Assembly (NCBI GenBank): GCA_947573445.1
Contig: CANPFR010000001.1
Span: 195,811 to 259,810 of the forward strand
Direction: 5' to 3'
Origin: an uncultured Clostridia bacterium
GTDB lineage: Bacteria; Bacillota; Clostridia; TANB77; CAG-508
DNA: 64,000 bases
This document shows positions 32,155 to 41,815 of the stretch, in pieces. Under the pieces are notes generated by a model. The model saw only the letters and a list, made by a program, of their open reading frames with translations. It was not told the origin of the DNA and searched no databases. The translations under genes were made by a program, and so were the position numbers. How positions within the stretch are numbered: the first letter of the stretch is position 1; each line of letters opens with the position of its first letter.

Positions 32155-32631
32155 ATGAATAAGAAAAGATTATGTTGTTTCTACGTAAACGATATTCATT
32201 TGATTACGATGCTTTTACCATATATAAACAAAAGAATTAATGAATCTACAAAAGTAATAACAATACTAGAAACAGATATGAGTAGAAGTGCCAAAAAAGT
32301 AATCGAGAGAGTCCAAGGGATGAAGTCCGAAAAACTATTAGAAATAGATTGGAGGAACAAGAGTTTAAAATATTTATACGAATGTGATATTAAAGATAAA
32401 CTTATTTTAATTGGTGGGACAGACGAATTTATGAAAGAAGCAAATAACATTATTACCAATCGAGAAGAAAGTTGTATGATATTGAATTGCTATGAAATGA
32501 TGCAGGGAAGTACAAATCTACAAGGAATTTTAGAAAGTCATAGCAAGGTTGTCAATACATCAGGTGAGAAATATCCAGAGGAAGTTTTTACAGGATATGT
32601 CCAAAAGAATTATAATAAAATAACCTTGTAA
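32155..32631 (+). CDS. Hypothetical protein (~158 aa)
   Basis: The ORF is open from 32116. The RBS GGAGGTAATAATATG supports a start at 32155. A hairpin terminator follows at about 32640-32675. Confidence 0.4.
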   Translation: MNKKRLCCFYVNDIHLITMLLPYINKRINESTKVITILETDMSRSAKKVIERVQGMKSEKLLEIDWRNKSLKYLYECDIKDKLILIGGTDEFMKEANNIITNREESCMILNCYEMMQGSTNLQGILESHSKVVNTSGEKYPEEVFTGYVQKNYNKITL

Positions 32632-32777
32632 TAAAAGTAGCTTAAGAATAGATAAATAGCCTATTCTTAAGCTTTCTTTGTCTAAAAAGTTGGGGCTTGA
32701 CTTATCTAATAAAATAATATAAAATACAAAAAAATAGACAAAATTGAAGACTAATTTTTAGAAAGGAATGGTGAGAA

Positions 32778-35744
32778 ATGGGGGATAGACTTGCAGAGAT
32801 TAGAAAAAAACTAGAAAAATATGGTCAAGAGCATGTATTGATGTTCTATGATAAAATGGATGAAGATGAGAAAAATAAATTGTTAAATAAAATTGAAAAT
32901 ATTGATTTTGATTTAATGAATGACTTATATCAAAAGGCAAATCAACCTATGGATTTGAAAAAAGAAGTAATCGAACCAGTTGAATATGTTGAAAAAGCAA
33001 AATTAACAGTGGCAGAAAGAAATGTATATGAGCAAAAGGGAATTGAGGCTATAAAAAAGGGGAAATATGCTGTTGTTACAATGGCTGGAGGACAAGGAAC
33101 TAGACTTGGTCACAAAGGGCCAAAAGGAACATTTGACTTGGGATTAGATTCGCAAAAATCAATTTTTGAATTATTATGCGAAGGAATTAAAAAAGCAATG
33201 TTTAAGTATGAGACAATTATTCCTTGGTACCTTATGACAAGTGAAGAAAATAATGACCAAACAGTTGAATTTTTTGAAAAGCATAACTATTTTGGGTACC
33301 CAAAAGAAGCTATACATTTTTTCAAACAAGGCCAATTACCAATGCTTGATTTGAATGGAAAGATATTACTTAATGAAAATGGAGCTATAAAAGAGGCGGC
33401 CAATGGCCATGGTGGTACACTTCAGTCAATGGAAAGAAGCAATGTTATAAGTCAGATGAGAGAAAATGGAATCGAATGGGTATTTATTAGTGGTGTTGAT
33501 AATATCTTGGCCAATTTGGTTGATCCATTATTAATTGGAATGTCGATTTCTAATAAAGTGTATAGTGCTGTAAAATCAGTTGAAAAAATTGACCCAAAAG
33601 AAAAAGTAGGTGTTATTTGCAAGAAAAATGGAAAAGTAGGAGTTATTGAATATACTGAAATCTCTGATGAAATGGCCAATATGAGGGATGATTATGGTTC
33701 TTTGGTTTATGGAGATGCCAATGCCATTATGCAATTGTTTAATATCAAAGCATTGGAAAAAGTGATGGATTTGAAATTACCTTATCATACAGCTGTGAAA
33801 AAGGCTAATTATATTGATAATATGGGCAAATTGATTGTCAGTGACGAACCAAATGCCTACAAATTTGAAATGTTTATTTTTGATGCTTTTGAAATGTTAG
33901 ATGATGTTCTGACTTTACGTGTTAAAAGGGAGGAAGAGTTTGCTCCAATTAAAAATGCAGAAGGAGTAGATAGTCCAGAAACAGCAAGAAAATTGTACAT
34001 TGATTTCTTCTCTAAATTGAATTATATGAAAAAATATAGCGAATGGTGCACGAATCCAGCATTTGATGAAGAAACGCGTCATGAATTATTGTTGATTGCT
34101 GGTGATGAAGAAGAAATTAAAGATCGATTTTATAAAGATTTGGAATTTGGAACAGCTGGATTAAGAGGAGTTATAGGCAATGGTACCAATAGGATGAATG
34201 TTTATACGGTGACAAAAGCGACACAAGGTTTGGCAAATTTTATTATTCGAGAAGGTAGCGAAAACAAAGGTGTTGCAATTTCGTATGATTCAAGAAGAAT
34301 GTCTAAAGAATTTGCCATTGAAACAGCATTATGCTTGAATGCTAATGGAATTAAAACGTATATTTTTGATGAGATTAGACCAGTACCAGAATTATCCTTT
34401 GCTGTAAGAGAACTTGGGTGCACAGCTGGAATTATGATTACAGCTAGCCATAATCCACCAGAATACAATGGTTATAAAGTATATTGGGATGATGGAGCTC
34501 AAATTGTAGCACCAAAAGATAAAGAAATTATTGAGGAAGTAAATAATGTATCAGATTATTCATTAGTTAAAAGAATGACTTATGAAGAGGCTCAAAATAC
34601 AGGTTTGTACAATATTGTGGGAAGTGCTATGGATAAATTATATTTAAATGCTATCAAAAAACAGGTATTAAATCCAGAAATGATAAAAGAAGTGGAAAAA
34701 GATTTAAACATTGTTTATACACCATTACATGGCACTGGAAATAAGCCCGTACAGAAAGTTTTAGAAGAACTTGGCTTTACGAATGTATATGTGGTTCCTG
34801 AGCAAGAATTGCCAAATGGCAATTTTCCGACGGTAGAATATCCAAACCCAGAAGATCCAAAAGCGTTTGAATTAGCATTGAAATTGGCAAGAAAAGTAGA
34901 TGCAGATGTTGTTTTAGCAACTGACCCAGATGCTGATAGATTAGGAGTATTTTCTAAAGATTCTGCAACTGGTGAATATGTATCATTTACAGGAAATATG
35001 TCAGCTTTATTAATTGCAGAATATGTTTTATCACAAAGGAAAGAAAAAAATTTGATGCCTAAAAATCCTGCGTTTGTCTCAACTGTAGTTTCATCAAACT
35101 TGGCAGGAGCAATTGCAAAAGAATATAATATGCATTTTGTAGAAACATTAACAGGTTTTAAATTTATAGGTGAGCAGATTAGAAATTTTGAGACAACAGG
35201 AGAATACGAATATGTATTTGGATTTGAAGAAAGTTATGGATGTTTAGTTGGAACACATGCAAGAGACAAAGATGGAATCACAGCCGTTATGATGCTTTGT
35301 GAGGCAGCAGCTTTTTATAAAAAACAAGGTTTAACATTATGGGATCAGATGCTTAAAATATACGAAAAATATGGATATTACAAAGAAGAAACGGTTATGA
35401 TTACACTAAAAGGTGCAGATGGAGCAGTTAAAATTAGAGAAATTATGGATATGATAAGAAGTAATCCACCAGAGGAAATTGGTGGTTATAAGGTTTTAGA
35501 AAGAAGAGATTATAAAACAGGATTTACAATTGATACTACAACAGGACAGGAAGGAAAAACAGGACTTCCAATGTCGAATGTTTTATATTATGCGATGGAA
35601 AATGATGTGTGGTGTTGTGTGAGACCTTCTGGGACGGAACCAAAAATCAAATTCTACATGGGGGTTAAAGGCAAAACAATGAAAGATGCAGATAAGCAAT
35701 TGGCTAAGTTAAAAAAAGCCATGATGGCTTTGGCTGAAAAATAG
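32778..35744 (+). CDS. Bifunctional fusion: UDP-sugar pyrophosphorylase (UDPGP/UAP1 family) N-terminal half plus phosphoglucomutase/phosphomannomutase (PgcA-like alpha-D-phosphohexomutase) C-terminal half
   Basis: The N-terminal half has the UDPGP signature MAGGQGTRLG. The C-terminal half begins with a PgcA-like N-terminus (MKKYSEW...FYKDLEFGTAGLRG) and has the active-site Ser loop TASHNPPEYNGYK. It is a single uninterrupted 988-aa ORF. Confidence 0.7.
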   Translation: MGDRLAEIRKKLEKYGQEHVLMFYDKMDEDEKNKLLNKIENIDFDLMNDLYQKANQPMDLKKEVIEPVEYVEKAKLTVAERNVYEQKGIEAIKKGKYAVVTMAGGQGTRLGHKGPKGTFDLGLDSQKSIFELLCEGIKKAMFKYETIIPWYLMTSEENNDQTVEFFEKHNYFGYPKEAIHFFKQGQLPMLDLNGKILLNENGAIKEAANGHGGTLQSMERSNVISQMRENGIEWVFISGVDNILANLVDPLLIGMSISNKVYSAVKSVEKIDPKEKVGVICKKNGKVGVIEYTEISDEMANMRDDYGSLVYGDANAIMQLFNIKALEKVMDLKLPYHTAVKKANYIDNMGKLIVSDEPNAYKFEMFIFDAFEMLDDVLTLRVKREEEFAPIKNAEGVDSPETARKLYIDFFSKLNYMKKYSEWCTNPAFDEETRHELLLIAGDEEEIKDRFYKDLEFGTAGLRGVIGNGTNRMNVYTVTKATQGLANFIIREGSENKGVAISYDSRRMSKEFAIETALCLNANGIKTYIFDEIRPVPELSFAVRELGCTAGIMITASHNPPEYNGYKVYWDDGAQIVAPKDKEIIEEVNNVSDYSLVKRMTYEEAQNTGLYNIVGSAMDKLYLNAIKKQVLNPEMIKEVEKDLNIVYTPLHGTGNKPVQKVLEELGFTNVYVVPEQELPNGNFPTVEYPNPEDPKAFELALKLARKVDADVVLATDPDADRLGVFSKDSATGEYVSFTGNMSALLIAEYVLSQRKEKNLMPKNPAFVSTVVSSNLAGAIAKEYNMHFVETLTGFKFIGEQIRNFETTGEYEYVFGFEESYGCLVGTHARDKDGITAVMMLCEAAAFYKKQGLTLWDQMLKIYEKYGYYKEETVMITLKGADGAVKIREIMDMIRSNPPEEIGGYKVLERRDYKTGFTIDTTTGQEGKTGLPMSNVLYYAMENDVWCCVRPSGTEPKIKFYMGVKGKTMKDADKQLAKLKKAMMALAEK

Positions 35745-35802
35745 AAAAGAGCATGGATGAAGTTTCATCCATGCTTTTTTGATAGTCAAGAAGTGGAAAG
35801 TT

Positions 35803-36459
35803 TTATTCATAGCCAAATTTTCTTTTTAGTTCTTCTGGATCCAAATCTAAAGCAGAAGCTAACATCAAAAGAGTATTTAAATATGGTTTTTTTGTTTTAC
35901 CAGTTTCAATGTTCCATAGTTGGCAGCGTGTTAGGCCAGTTATATCAGCCAAATTAATTATTGATAAATTTTCTTGAATACGGACATTTTTAATCAATTG
36001 TCCACCAGACAGATTTTTATCTAAGTTATAGGTATGTCTAAATTCTTTTTTAAGTTCTTCTAGATCTAAGTGCAAAGTATGAGATAGTTTTAGAAGTGTA
36101 CTTAAATCTGAATTTTTAGTTTTACCAGATTCTAAAGCTTGAATAACATGAGGAGCAATGTCAGAAATTTCTGCCAATTGTAGTTGTGATAAGCCAAGTT
36201 GTAAACGAGTTCTTGCAATCAAATTGAATTCTGAAGTATCAACATCTGTTTTTGGCTCTAAAATTGAATTTAAAACGGAAATTGTTTTCGGATGAAATTT
36301 TCTGACAACCCCTTGTTCAATTTGGACCAGGGTGGATAATGACAAATTAAATTGCCTTGCAAAGTCTATCTGCCGAAGGTTATGTTTTAAACGATACTCT
36401 TTTACTAATTTTGCTAAATTTTCTGTTTCCATTTTTCCTCCTAATATTTTTGATGACAT
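35803..36459 (-). CDS. XRE-family transcriptional regulator with three tandem HTH (Cro/C1-type) domains; paralog 1 of 3
   Basis: Three repeats of the LRQ...LSLSTL.QIE.G-type HTH_XRE motif in 218 aa. Confidence 0.7.
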   Translation of the reverse strand: MSSKILGGKMETENLAKLVKEYRLKHNLRQIDFARQFNLSLSTLVQIEQGVVRKFHPKTISVLNSILEPKTDVDTSEFNLIARTRLQLGLSQLQLAEISDIAPHVIQALESGKTKNSDLSTLLKLSHTLHLDLEELKKEFRHTYNLDKNLSGGQLIKNVRIQENLSIINLADITGLTRCQLWNIETGKTKKPYLNTLLMLASALDLDPEELKRKFGYE

Positions 36460-36480
36460 GATTTAAGAAACATTTTAAAA

Positions 36481-37137
36481 TTAGTATCTAAATTTAGATT
36501 TTAATTCATCTAAATTTAAATTTTCAAGGCTATTGGCTAAAATTTCTAAAGTTAAAAGATGTGGTTTTTTTGTCTTACCAGTTTCAATGTTCCGTAATTG
36601 GTGGTGTGTTAAGCCAGTTATATTAGCTAAATCAACTGTTGATATATTTTCTCGAATACGAGCATTTCTAATCAATTGTCCGCCAGACGGATTTTTATCT
36701 AAATTATAGATGTATCCAAATTCTTTTTTTACTTCTTCTAGGTCTAAGTTCAAAGCACGAGATAGTTTTAGAAGTGTACTTAAAGCTGGACTTTTTGTTT
36801 TACCAGATTCCAAAGCTTGAATAACATTAGGATCAACATCAGAAAGTTCTGCCAACTGTAGTTGTGATAAACCAAGTTGTAAACGAGTTCTTCTAATCAA
36901 ATTGAGTCCTGAAGTATCAAAATTTATTTTTTGCTCTAAAATTGAATTTAAAATAGCAACTGTTTTTGGATGAAATTTTTTGGCAACCCCTTGTTCAATT
37001 TGGGCAAGGGTACATAATGACAAATGAAGTTGCTTTGCCAGATCTTTTTGTCGAAGTCCATGATCTAAACGATAATCCTTTACCAATTTTGCTAATTTTT
37101 CTGTTTCCATTTTTTCCTCCTGATATTTTGATGGCAT
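36481..37137 (-). CDS. XRE-family regulator with three HTH domains; paralog 2 of 3
   Basis: About 85% nucleotide identity to paralog 1 by eye. Same length, and a conserved RBS and intergenic spacer. Confidence 0.7.
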   Translation of the reverse strand: MPSKYQEEKMETEKLAKLVKDYRLDHGLRQKDLAKQLHLSLCTLAQIEQGVAKKFHPKTVAILNSILEQKINFDTSGLNLIRRTRLQLGLSQLQLAELSDVDPNVIQALESGKTKSPALSTLLKLSRALNLDLEEVKKEFGYIYNLDKNPSGGQLIRNARIRENISTVDLANITGLTHHQLRNIETGKTKKPHLLTLEILANSLENLNLDELKSKFRY

Positions 37138-37158
37138 TCTTCAAGAAACATTTTAAAA

Positions 37159-37848
37159 TTAATATCCAAATTTAGATTTTAACTCATCTAAGTTCAGCTT
37201 TTCAAGATTATTGGCTAAAATTTCTAAAGTTAAAAGATGTGGTTTTTTTGTCTTACCAGTTTCAATATTCCGTAGTTGGTGGTGTGTCAGGCCAGTTATA
37301 TTAGCTAAATCAGCCGTTGATAAATTTTCTCGAATACGAGCATTTTTAATCAATTGTTCACCAGATGTATTTTTTTTCGGACAGTACGTATAGCCAAATT
37401 CCCTTTTTACTTCTTCAGGATCCAAATGTAAAGTAAGAGCCAAAGTTAAAAGTGTATTTAGATGTGGTTTTTTGGTTTTACCAGTTTCTAAATGGTGAAT
37501 GACCTGAGGTTTAATCCCAGATTTGTTGGATAACTGTCGCAGAGACAGACCTAATTGTAACCGGGTCTTTGCAATTAAGTTCAATTTTGAAACATCCATG
37601 TTTAATTTTGAATCTAGAATCAAATTTAAGGCTGAAATTGTTTTAGGCTGAAACTCTCTAACAATGCCTTGTTCAATTTGTGATAAGGTGGCTACTGACA
37701 AGTTAAGCTGTTTTGCCAGATCTTTCTGTCGAATCTTATGTTTTAACCGATAATTTTTTACTAATTCAGCTAAATTTTTTCTTCCATTTCTTTTCCTCCT
37801 AATATTTTTTAATATTAATAGTATACCATAATTTACATAATAAATCAA
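37159..37848 (-). CDS. XRE-family regulator with three HTH domains; paralog 3 of 3, with the N-terminal frame disturbed at an A6 homopolymer
   Basis: The conserved RBS and ATG (start at about 37787) are out of frame with the body because of the A-run in ATGGAAGAAAAAATTTAG. The open frame instead runs upstream to 37848. Confidence 0.6.
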   Translation of the reverse strand: MIYYVNYGILLILKNIRRKRNGRKNLAELVKNYRLKHKIRQKDLAKQLNLSVATLSQIEQGIVREFQPKTISALNLILDSKLNMDVSKLNLIAKTRLQLGLSLRQLSNKSGIKPQVIHHLETGKTKKPHLNTLLTLALTLHLDPEEVKREFGYTYCPKKNTSGEQLIKNARIRENLSTADLANITGLTHHQLRNIETGKTKKPHLLTLEILANNLEKLNLDELKSKFGY

Positions 37849-37911
37849 GGCCTTTTAAAGATTTCGTCATAAATTGGTGGTTTTTCAATATAATTTTATT
37901 AGGAGGTTTTT

Positions 37912-38502
37912 ATGTTAGAGAAAATTAATTTACCTTATGCTTTAAATGCTTTGGAGCCGTTTTATAGTAAGCAAACGTTAGAAATACATTATCAAACTTT
38001 ATATTCGGCTTATGTTGATAATACCAATAAAACAGAAGAAAAATTAAAACAGGCTCGAAAAAATAATGATTTTGAAAATATAAAATGTTTAGAAAAAGAA
38101 TTATCCTACCAAGGTTCGGGTGCTATTTTGCATGAATTATTTTTTGAGAATTTGGGACCTGTTACACAATCAGGACCAAGTACAAAACTGATGCATCAAA
38201 TTAGCAAAGATTTTGGGACATTTGGTATGTTTAAAAGCCAGTTTACAGCAAGTAGTAAGGCAGTTGAAGCGTCTGGATGGAATTTGCTTGTATGGGTTCC
38301 GAAATGGAAAAAATTGCAAATTTTACAATGTGAAAAGCATCAAAATTTAACACTTTGGGGATGTAAACTATTACTAGTATTAGATATGTGGGAACACTCC
38401 TATTTTTTGCAATACAAAGCGAATCGTGCAGAATATGTAAATGCATTTTGGAATATTGTAAATTGGAATGCAGTAAATGGAAGGTTTGAAGAGGTTGTGT
38501 AA
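37912..38502 (+). CDS. Fe/Mn superoxide dismutase family protein, divergent in its second-sphere residues
   Basis: SOD fold motifs DMWEHSYFL and WNIVNW are present and the metal-ligand positions are conserved. The N-terminal HHxKHH block is degenerate (EIHYQTLYSAY). Confidence 0.65.
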   Translation: MLEKINLPYALNALEPFYSKQTLEIHYQTLYSAYVDNTNKTEEKLKQARKNNDFENIKCLEKELSYQGSGAILHELFFENLGPVTQSGPSTKLMHQISKDFGTFGMFKSQFTASSKAVEASGWNLLVWVPKWKKLQILQCEKHQNLTLWGCKLLLVLDMWEHSYFLQYKANRAEYVNAFWNIVNWNAVNGRFEEVV

Positions 38503-38603
38503 TAAAAGGGCTATAAAAATGAAAGTTTTTACAATTGACCTGCTGTAAATACTAAAAAAAGCGAGTGAAATTCTCGGAAGAAATTTCTCACGCTTTTATT
38601 TTT

Positions 38604-39416
38604 TTAATCGATAGAAGTAAGTGCATTAACTACTTTTGTGCATTTTCCATTTTGGAAAATAAATGAGTAAGTTTTTGATGCATCAGGACTGGTTGTTTCT
38701 TCAGGTGTTGATGGGGTGTAATTTTTAAAGTTTTCTGCAACGGTTGTATCTGGTTCGAAACCGCCAGCACAAATAGTGTTTCCAGGAATTACAATTTCTT
38801 TATAATTAGTTGTTAATTTCCAAACATCGCTTAACTGTGCTTGACATTCTAAATAATATTCCTTAGAATTTTTTGCTTTTATTTTGTAAAGAACATAATT
38901 GCTAGAATCATATACATCAAATTCATTTCCATTGGGTTTTACTAAATAATTTTTTTTATCTAATTGAATGGAATTGGAATCTAGTATCTGATTCAATTCA
39001 TTTGCTGATATTGTATATTGTGTATAAATAACGCCTTGTAATGTATAAGAATTGTCATTATTTTTTTCAGCATTTGTGACATACAAAACATCAATTCCAT
39101 CTAATTCTTGCGTAATCTGACTATAATTGTGAGTATCAGAAGTGCTGTCAACAATTGATGTGTTTTGTGTGGCTGTATTTGAATTATTTTCATCAGGAAC
39201 AGTGTTATCTAAGGTATTAGAAATACTACTAATTTTGTCTTGTAGAGTATTGATTTGTGTTTCTTTACTAGATAAATTATTTTGAAGTTCATGAATACTT
39301 TCAGCATTTGAATTTTTTACTTGTGATAATTGATACCCCATCAAAATGATAATAATAACTAAAAGCAAAATAATCATAATATAGAGAATGTTACTTACAT
39401 TATTTTTCTTTTCCAT
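38604..39416 (-). CDS. Hypothetical membrane-anchored protein (270 aa)
   Basis: N-terminal TM helix, a coiled-coil/low-complexity region, and a Cys-containing C-terminal domain. Confidence 0.4.
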   Translation of the reverse strand: MEKKNNVSNILYIMIILLLVIIIILMGYQLSQVKNSNAESIHELQNNLSSKETQINTLQDKISSISNTLDNTVPDENNSNTATQNTSIVDSTSDTHNYSQITQELDGIDVLYVTNAEKNNDNSYTLQGVIYTQYTISANELNQILDSNSIQLDKKNYLVKPNGNEFDVYDSSNYVLYKIKAKNSKEYYLECQAQLSDVWKLTTNYKEIVIPGNTICAGGFEPDTTVAENFKNYTPSTPEETTSPDASKTYSFIFQNGKCTKVVNALTSID

Positions 39417-39493
39417 TTTTTACCTCCTCCTTATATTTATTGTATACAAAAGGTAAGAGTTTTTCAAGTAGTTTGGAGGAGAATTTTTTTATA

Positions 39494-39528
39494 AAAATCC
39501 CCCAGTACAACTGGGGGATAATTTTTTC
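39494..39528. terminator. GC-rich bidirectional terminator (TCCCCCAG-TACAA-CTGGGGGA flanked by A/T runs)
   Basis: Perfect 8-bp G/C stem, which is rare in this genome, with T-runs on both sides. Confidence 0.7.
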
Positions 39529-39581
39529 TATCTCATTGAATAAAATAGAAATTTTCTGCCCTTCCTCAGTGGTAGGACGAA

Positions 39582-40019
39582 TTAAGAGACTGGGTCTAGT
39601 TTATATAAATAATCAATAACTTTGCCATTTTTACATACTAAATAGCTTTGGTAGGCCAAATCAGATTTTCGCAAGATAGTTGTCTCTGAAACACCCTCTT
39701 GTGAAAGCTGGTAAGTATTATCATCGATTTTCTGGGCTTCAATAATAGTTGTTTCATAGAAATAACCATTTTTTTCTACCCAGTTTACAGCTCCTTTTTC
39801 GATGTAACGACAATCGGAAATAGTTGAATCTTGCGTGCTCCAAGCAATTAGACTACCCAATGGGCAGACAATATGTTTTTTAGAAAAAGTTAAATAGATA
39901 TTATCCTGGATGACTGCAACGTAATTCCAGAGAATTTGCGGAATATCATAGTCATTTTTTACCCGAGTGATATTGAAATTTGTTCCCAAGTCTTCGGGAA
40001 CCAGAAAAATTTTTTTCAT
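39582..40019 (-). CDS. Hypothetical protein (145 aa)
   Basis: ORF with an RBS. Matched no family I recognise. Confidence 0.4.
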   Translation of the reverse strand: MKKIFLVPEDLGTNFNITRVKNDYDIPQILWNYVAVIQDNIYLTFSKKHIVCPLGSLIAWSTQDSTISDCRYIEKGAVNWVEKNGYFYETTIIEAQKIDDNTYQLSQEGVSETTILRKSDLAYQSYLVCKNGKVIDYLYKLDPVS

Positions 40020-40154
40020 GAGGTTACCTCCTTGTTATTTATATGATTTGTGAAAATATAACTTATATTATAATCTATTTTACATAAATTGTCAATATTG
40101 ACATGCTGAAAATTTAGTGATATAGTAGAAAATATACTAAGAAAGGGAACAAAA

Positions 40155-40883
40155 ATGGAAAACAAAAGAAGTAGCCAAAATATAAAGATTTTAATTATAA
40201 TTAGTGCACTTTTATTCATTATAGGTGTTTTTATAGAAAACTTAAATGTGGGACAAGTAAATGATAAAGTAGCTAGTTTGACTGCAGAAGAAGAAACCAA
40301 TGTGGTAGAGAAAACGGTATTGGATACAGAAAGAATTGCAGCAGCCTATGTTCCAAGAAGAGAAGTAGCTAGTGAAGAAGTCGTTTCGAGATATGCCAAA
40401 GCACGTCAACGTGAATTATATAATTCGATTGATGAGATTACGATTTCAAAAGACATGGATTTAACGGTTAGATGTAATGTATCAAGAGAGGATTTTATCA
40501 CATTAATGGCAGGTGTAAAAGCAGATACATCAGGTTTTTTTGAGCAAAATGCAGGTTTAATTTATGATGTGTGTGAAAAATATCAATTAAATGAAATATT
40601 TTTCTGTGGTTTAATTTCAGCAGAATCTGGTTGGAATATAGCAGGAAATCATAGGAGAACACATAATTATATTAGTTTGATGGGAAAAGGGGGCTTACTT
40701 CAATTTGCATCGATTGAACAAGGCCTTGAAAAAGCAGCTAGTACTTTGCATTTCAATTACTTATCAGAAGGTGGAAGATTTTATTATGGTAAAACATTGG
40801 CTGCGGTAAGAACAAGATTCTGTCCAGTTAATCCTAATTGGACCAATTTGGTTTATGGGAGAATGCAACAAATTGTAAAATAA
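40155..40883 (+). CDS. Membrane-anchored hypothetical protein with a weak glucosaminidase (GH73/FlgJ-like) ...AESGWN... motif
   Basis: N-terminal TM segment. The C-terminal domain contains LISAESGWN. The family assignment is weak. Confidence 0.35.
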   Translation: MENKRSSQNIKILIIISALLFIIGVFIENLNVGQVNDKVASLTAEEETNVVEKTVLDTERIAAAYVPRREVASEEVVSRYAKARQRELYNSIDEITISKDMDLTVRCNVSREDFITLMAGVKADTSGFFEQNAGLIYDVCEKYQLNEIFFCGLISAESGWNIAGNHRRTHNYISLMGKGGLLQFASIEQGLEKAASTLHFNYLSEGGRFYYGKTLAAVRTRFCPVNPNWTNLVYGRMQQIVK

Positions 40884-41168
40884 AAGCTCAAAAGGAGCTT
40901 TTTTTGATTGGTAAAATTTGAGATAAAGAATAAAAAAATAGAAATAATTTTGCCTTATTTCTAAAAATACTCTCCACCTTTTATTATATCACATTTTTAA
41001 AGTTATGTCAACTTGACAAAACATTAAAAATATGCTCTCGCTTAAATTTACTGATTTTTCTAGTAAAAAAATTTTTTATATGATTTTTAAAAAAGTTTGG
41101 CTATTTTTGGGAAATTGTGATAAAATAAAAATATCAATTAAAAGATTTAAGAATAAATAGAGGAAAAA

Positions 41169-41804
41169 ATGGAATTTTTATTTACTTTTTTAGAAGGAAT
41201 TGCGAGTTTTGTATCACCTTGTTTATTACCAATGATTCCAATTTACATTGCCTATTTTACGGGTGAAAATGAGGAAAAATCAACTAAAACTGTGATAAAT
41301 GCAATGGGATTTGTTTTAGGGTTTACAGTTGTATTTTTGATATTGGCAATATTTGCGAGTCAACTGGGAAAATTGGTGAGTAGCCATATGAAATTTATAA
41401 AAATTATATTTGGAATTGTTATTATCGTATTTGGTTTGTATGATATGGAGTTGTTAAAACTTAGTTTTATGAGCAAAATGAGAGGAATGAAGGCAAATGT
41501 GAAAAATTTGAATTTTATAAAATCATTTTTGTTTGGAATGTTATTTTCGATAAGTTGGACGCCTTGCATAGGAACTTTTTTGAGTTCAGCACTGTTATTG
41601 GTTGCTAAAGGCCAACAATTATTAAAAGGAATTTTGCTCATGTTGATTTATTCGATGGGACTTGGAATTCCATTTATAGTGTCTGTTTTGTTGCTTGAAA
41701 AATTAAAAGGGATTTTTGATATTATTAAAAGAAATTTTAGCAAAATCAGAAAAGTTTCAGGTGGAATTTTGATTGGTATGGGAATTTATGTGATTTTCTT
41801 TTGA
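41169..41804 (+). CDS. ccdA: Cytochrome c-type biogenesis protein CcdA (DsbD-family thiol-disulfide transporter)
   Basis: 6-TM protein with the conserved Cys in the first TM (SFVSPCLLPMIP) and a second Cys in TM4 (WTPCIG). Confidence 0.8.
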   Translation: MEFLFTFLEGIASFVSPCLLPMIPIYIAYFTGENEEKSTKTVINAMGFVLGFTVVFLILAIFASQLGKLVSSHMKFIKIIFGIVIIVFGLYDMELLKLSFMSKMRGMKANVKNLNFIKSFLFGMLFSISWTPCIGTFLSSALLLVAKGQQLLKGILLMLIYSMGLGIPFIVSVLLLEKLKGIFDIIKRNFSKIRKVSGGILIGMGIYVIFF

Positions 41805-41815
41805 AGGAGAAAAGT

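Noticed and set aside
34030-34050. The UAP-PgcA fusion as two genes fused by a sequencing error
   Set aside because: The junction is in frame with no stop. The internal ATG (MKKYSEW) has no RBS, so a lost stop codon would still leave pgcA without a translation signal. The fusion is kept as the working model but flagged for read-level confirmation.
37912-38502. Explaining the degenerate SOD motif by a frameshift at the embedded tcggc
   Set aside because: Removing the C immediately creates a stop. The divergence is by substitution at equal length, not frame disruption.
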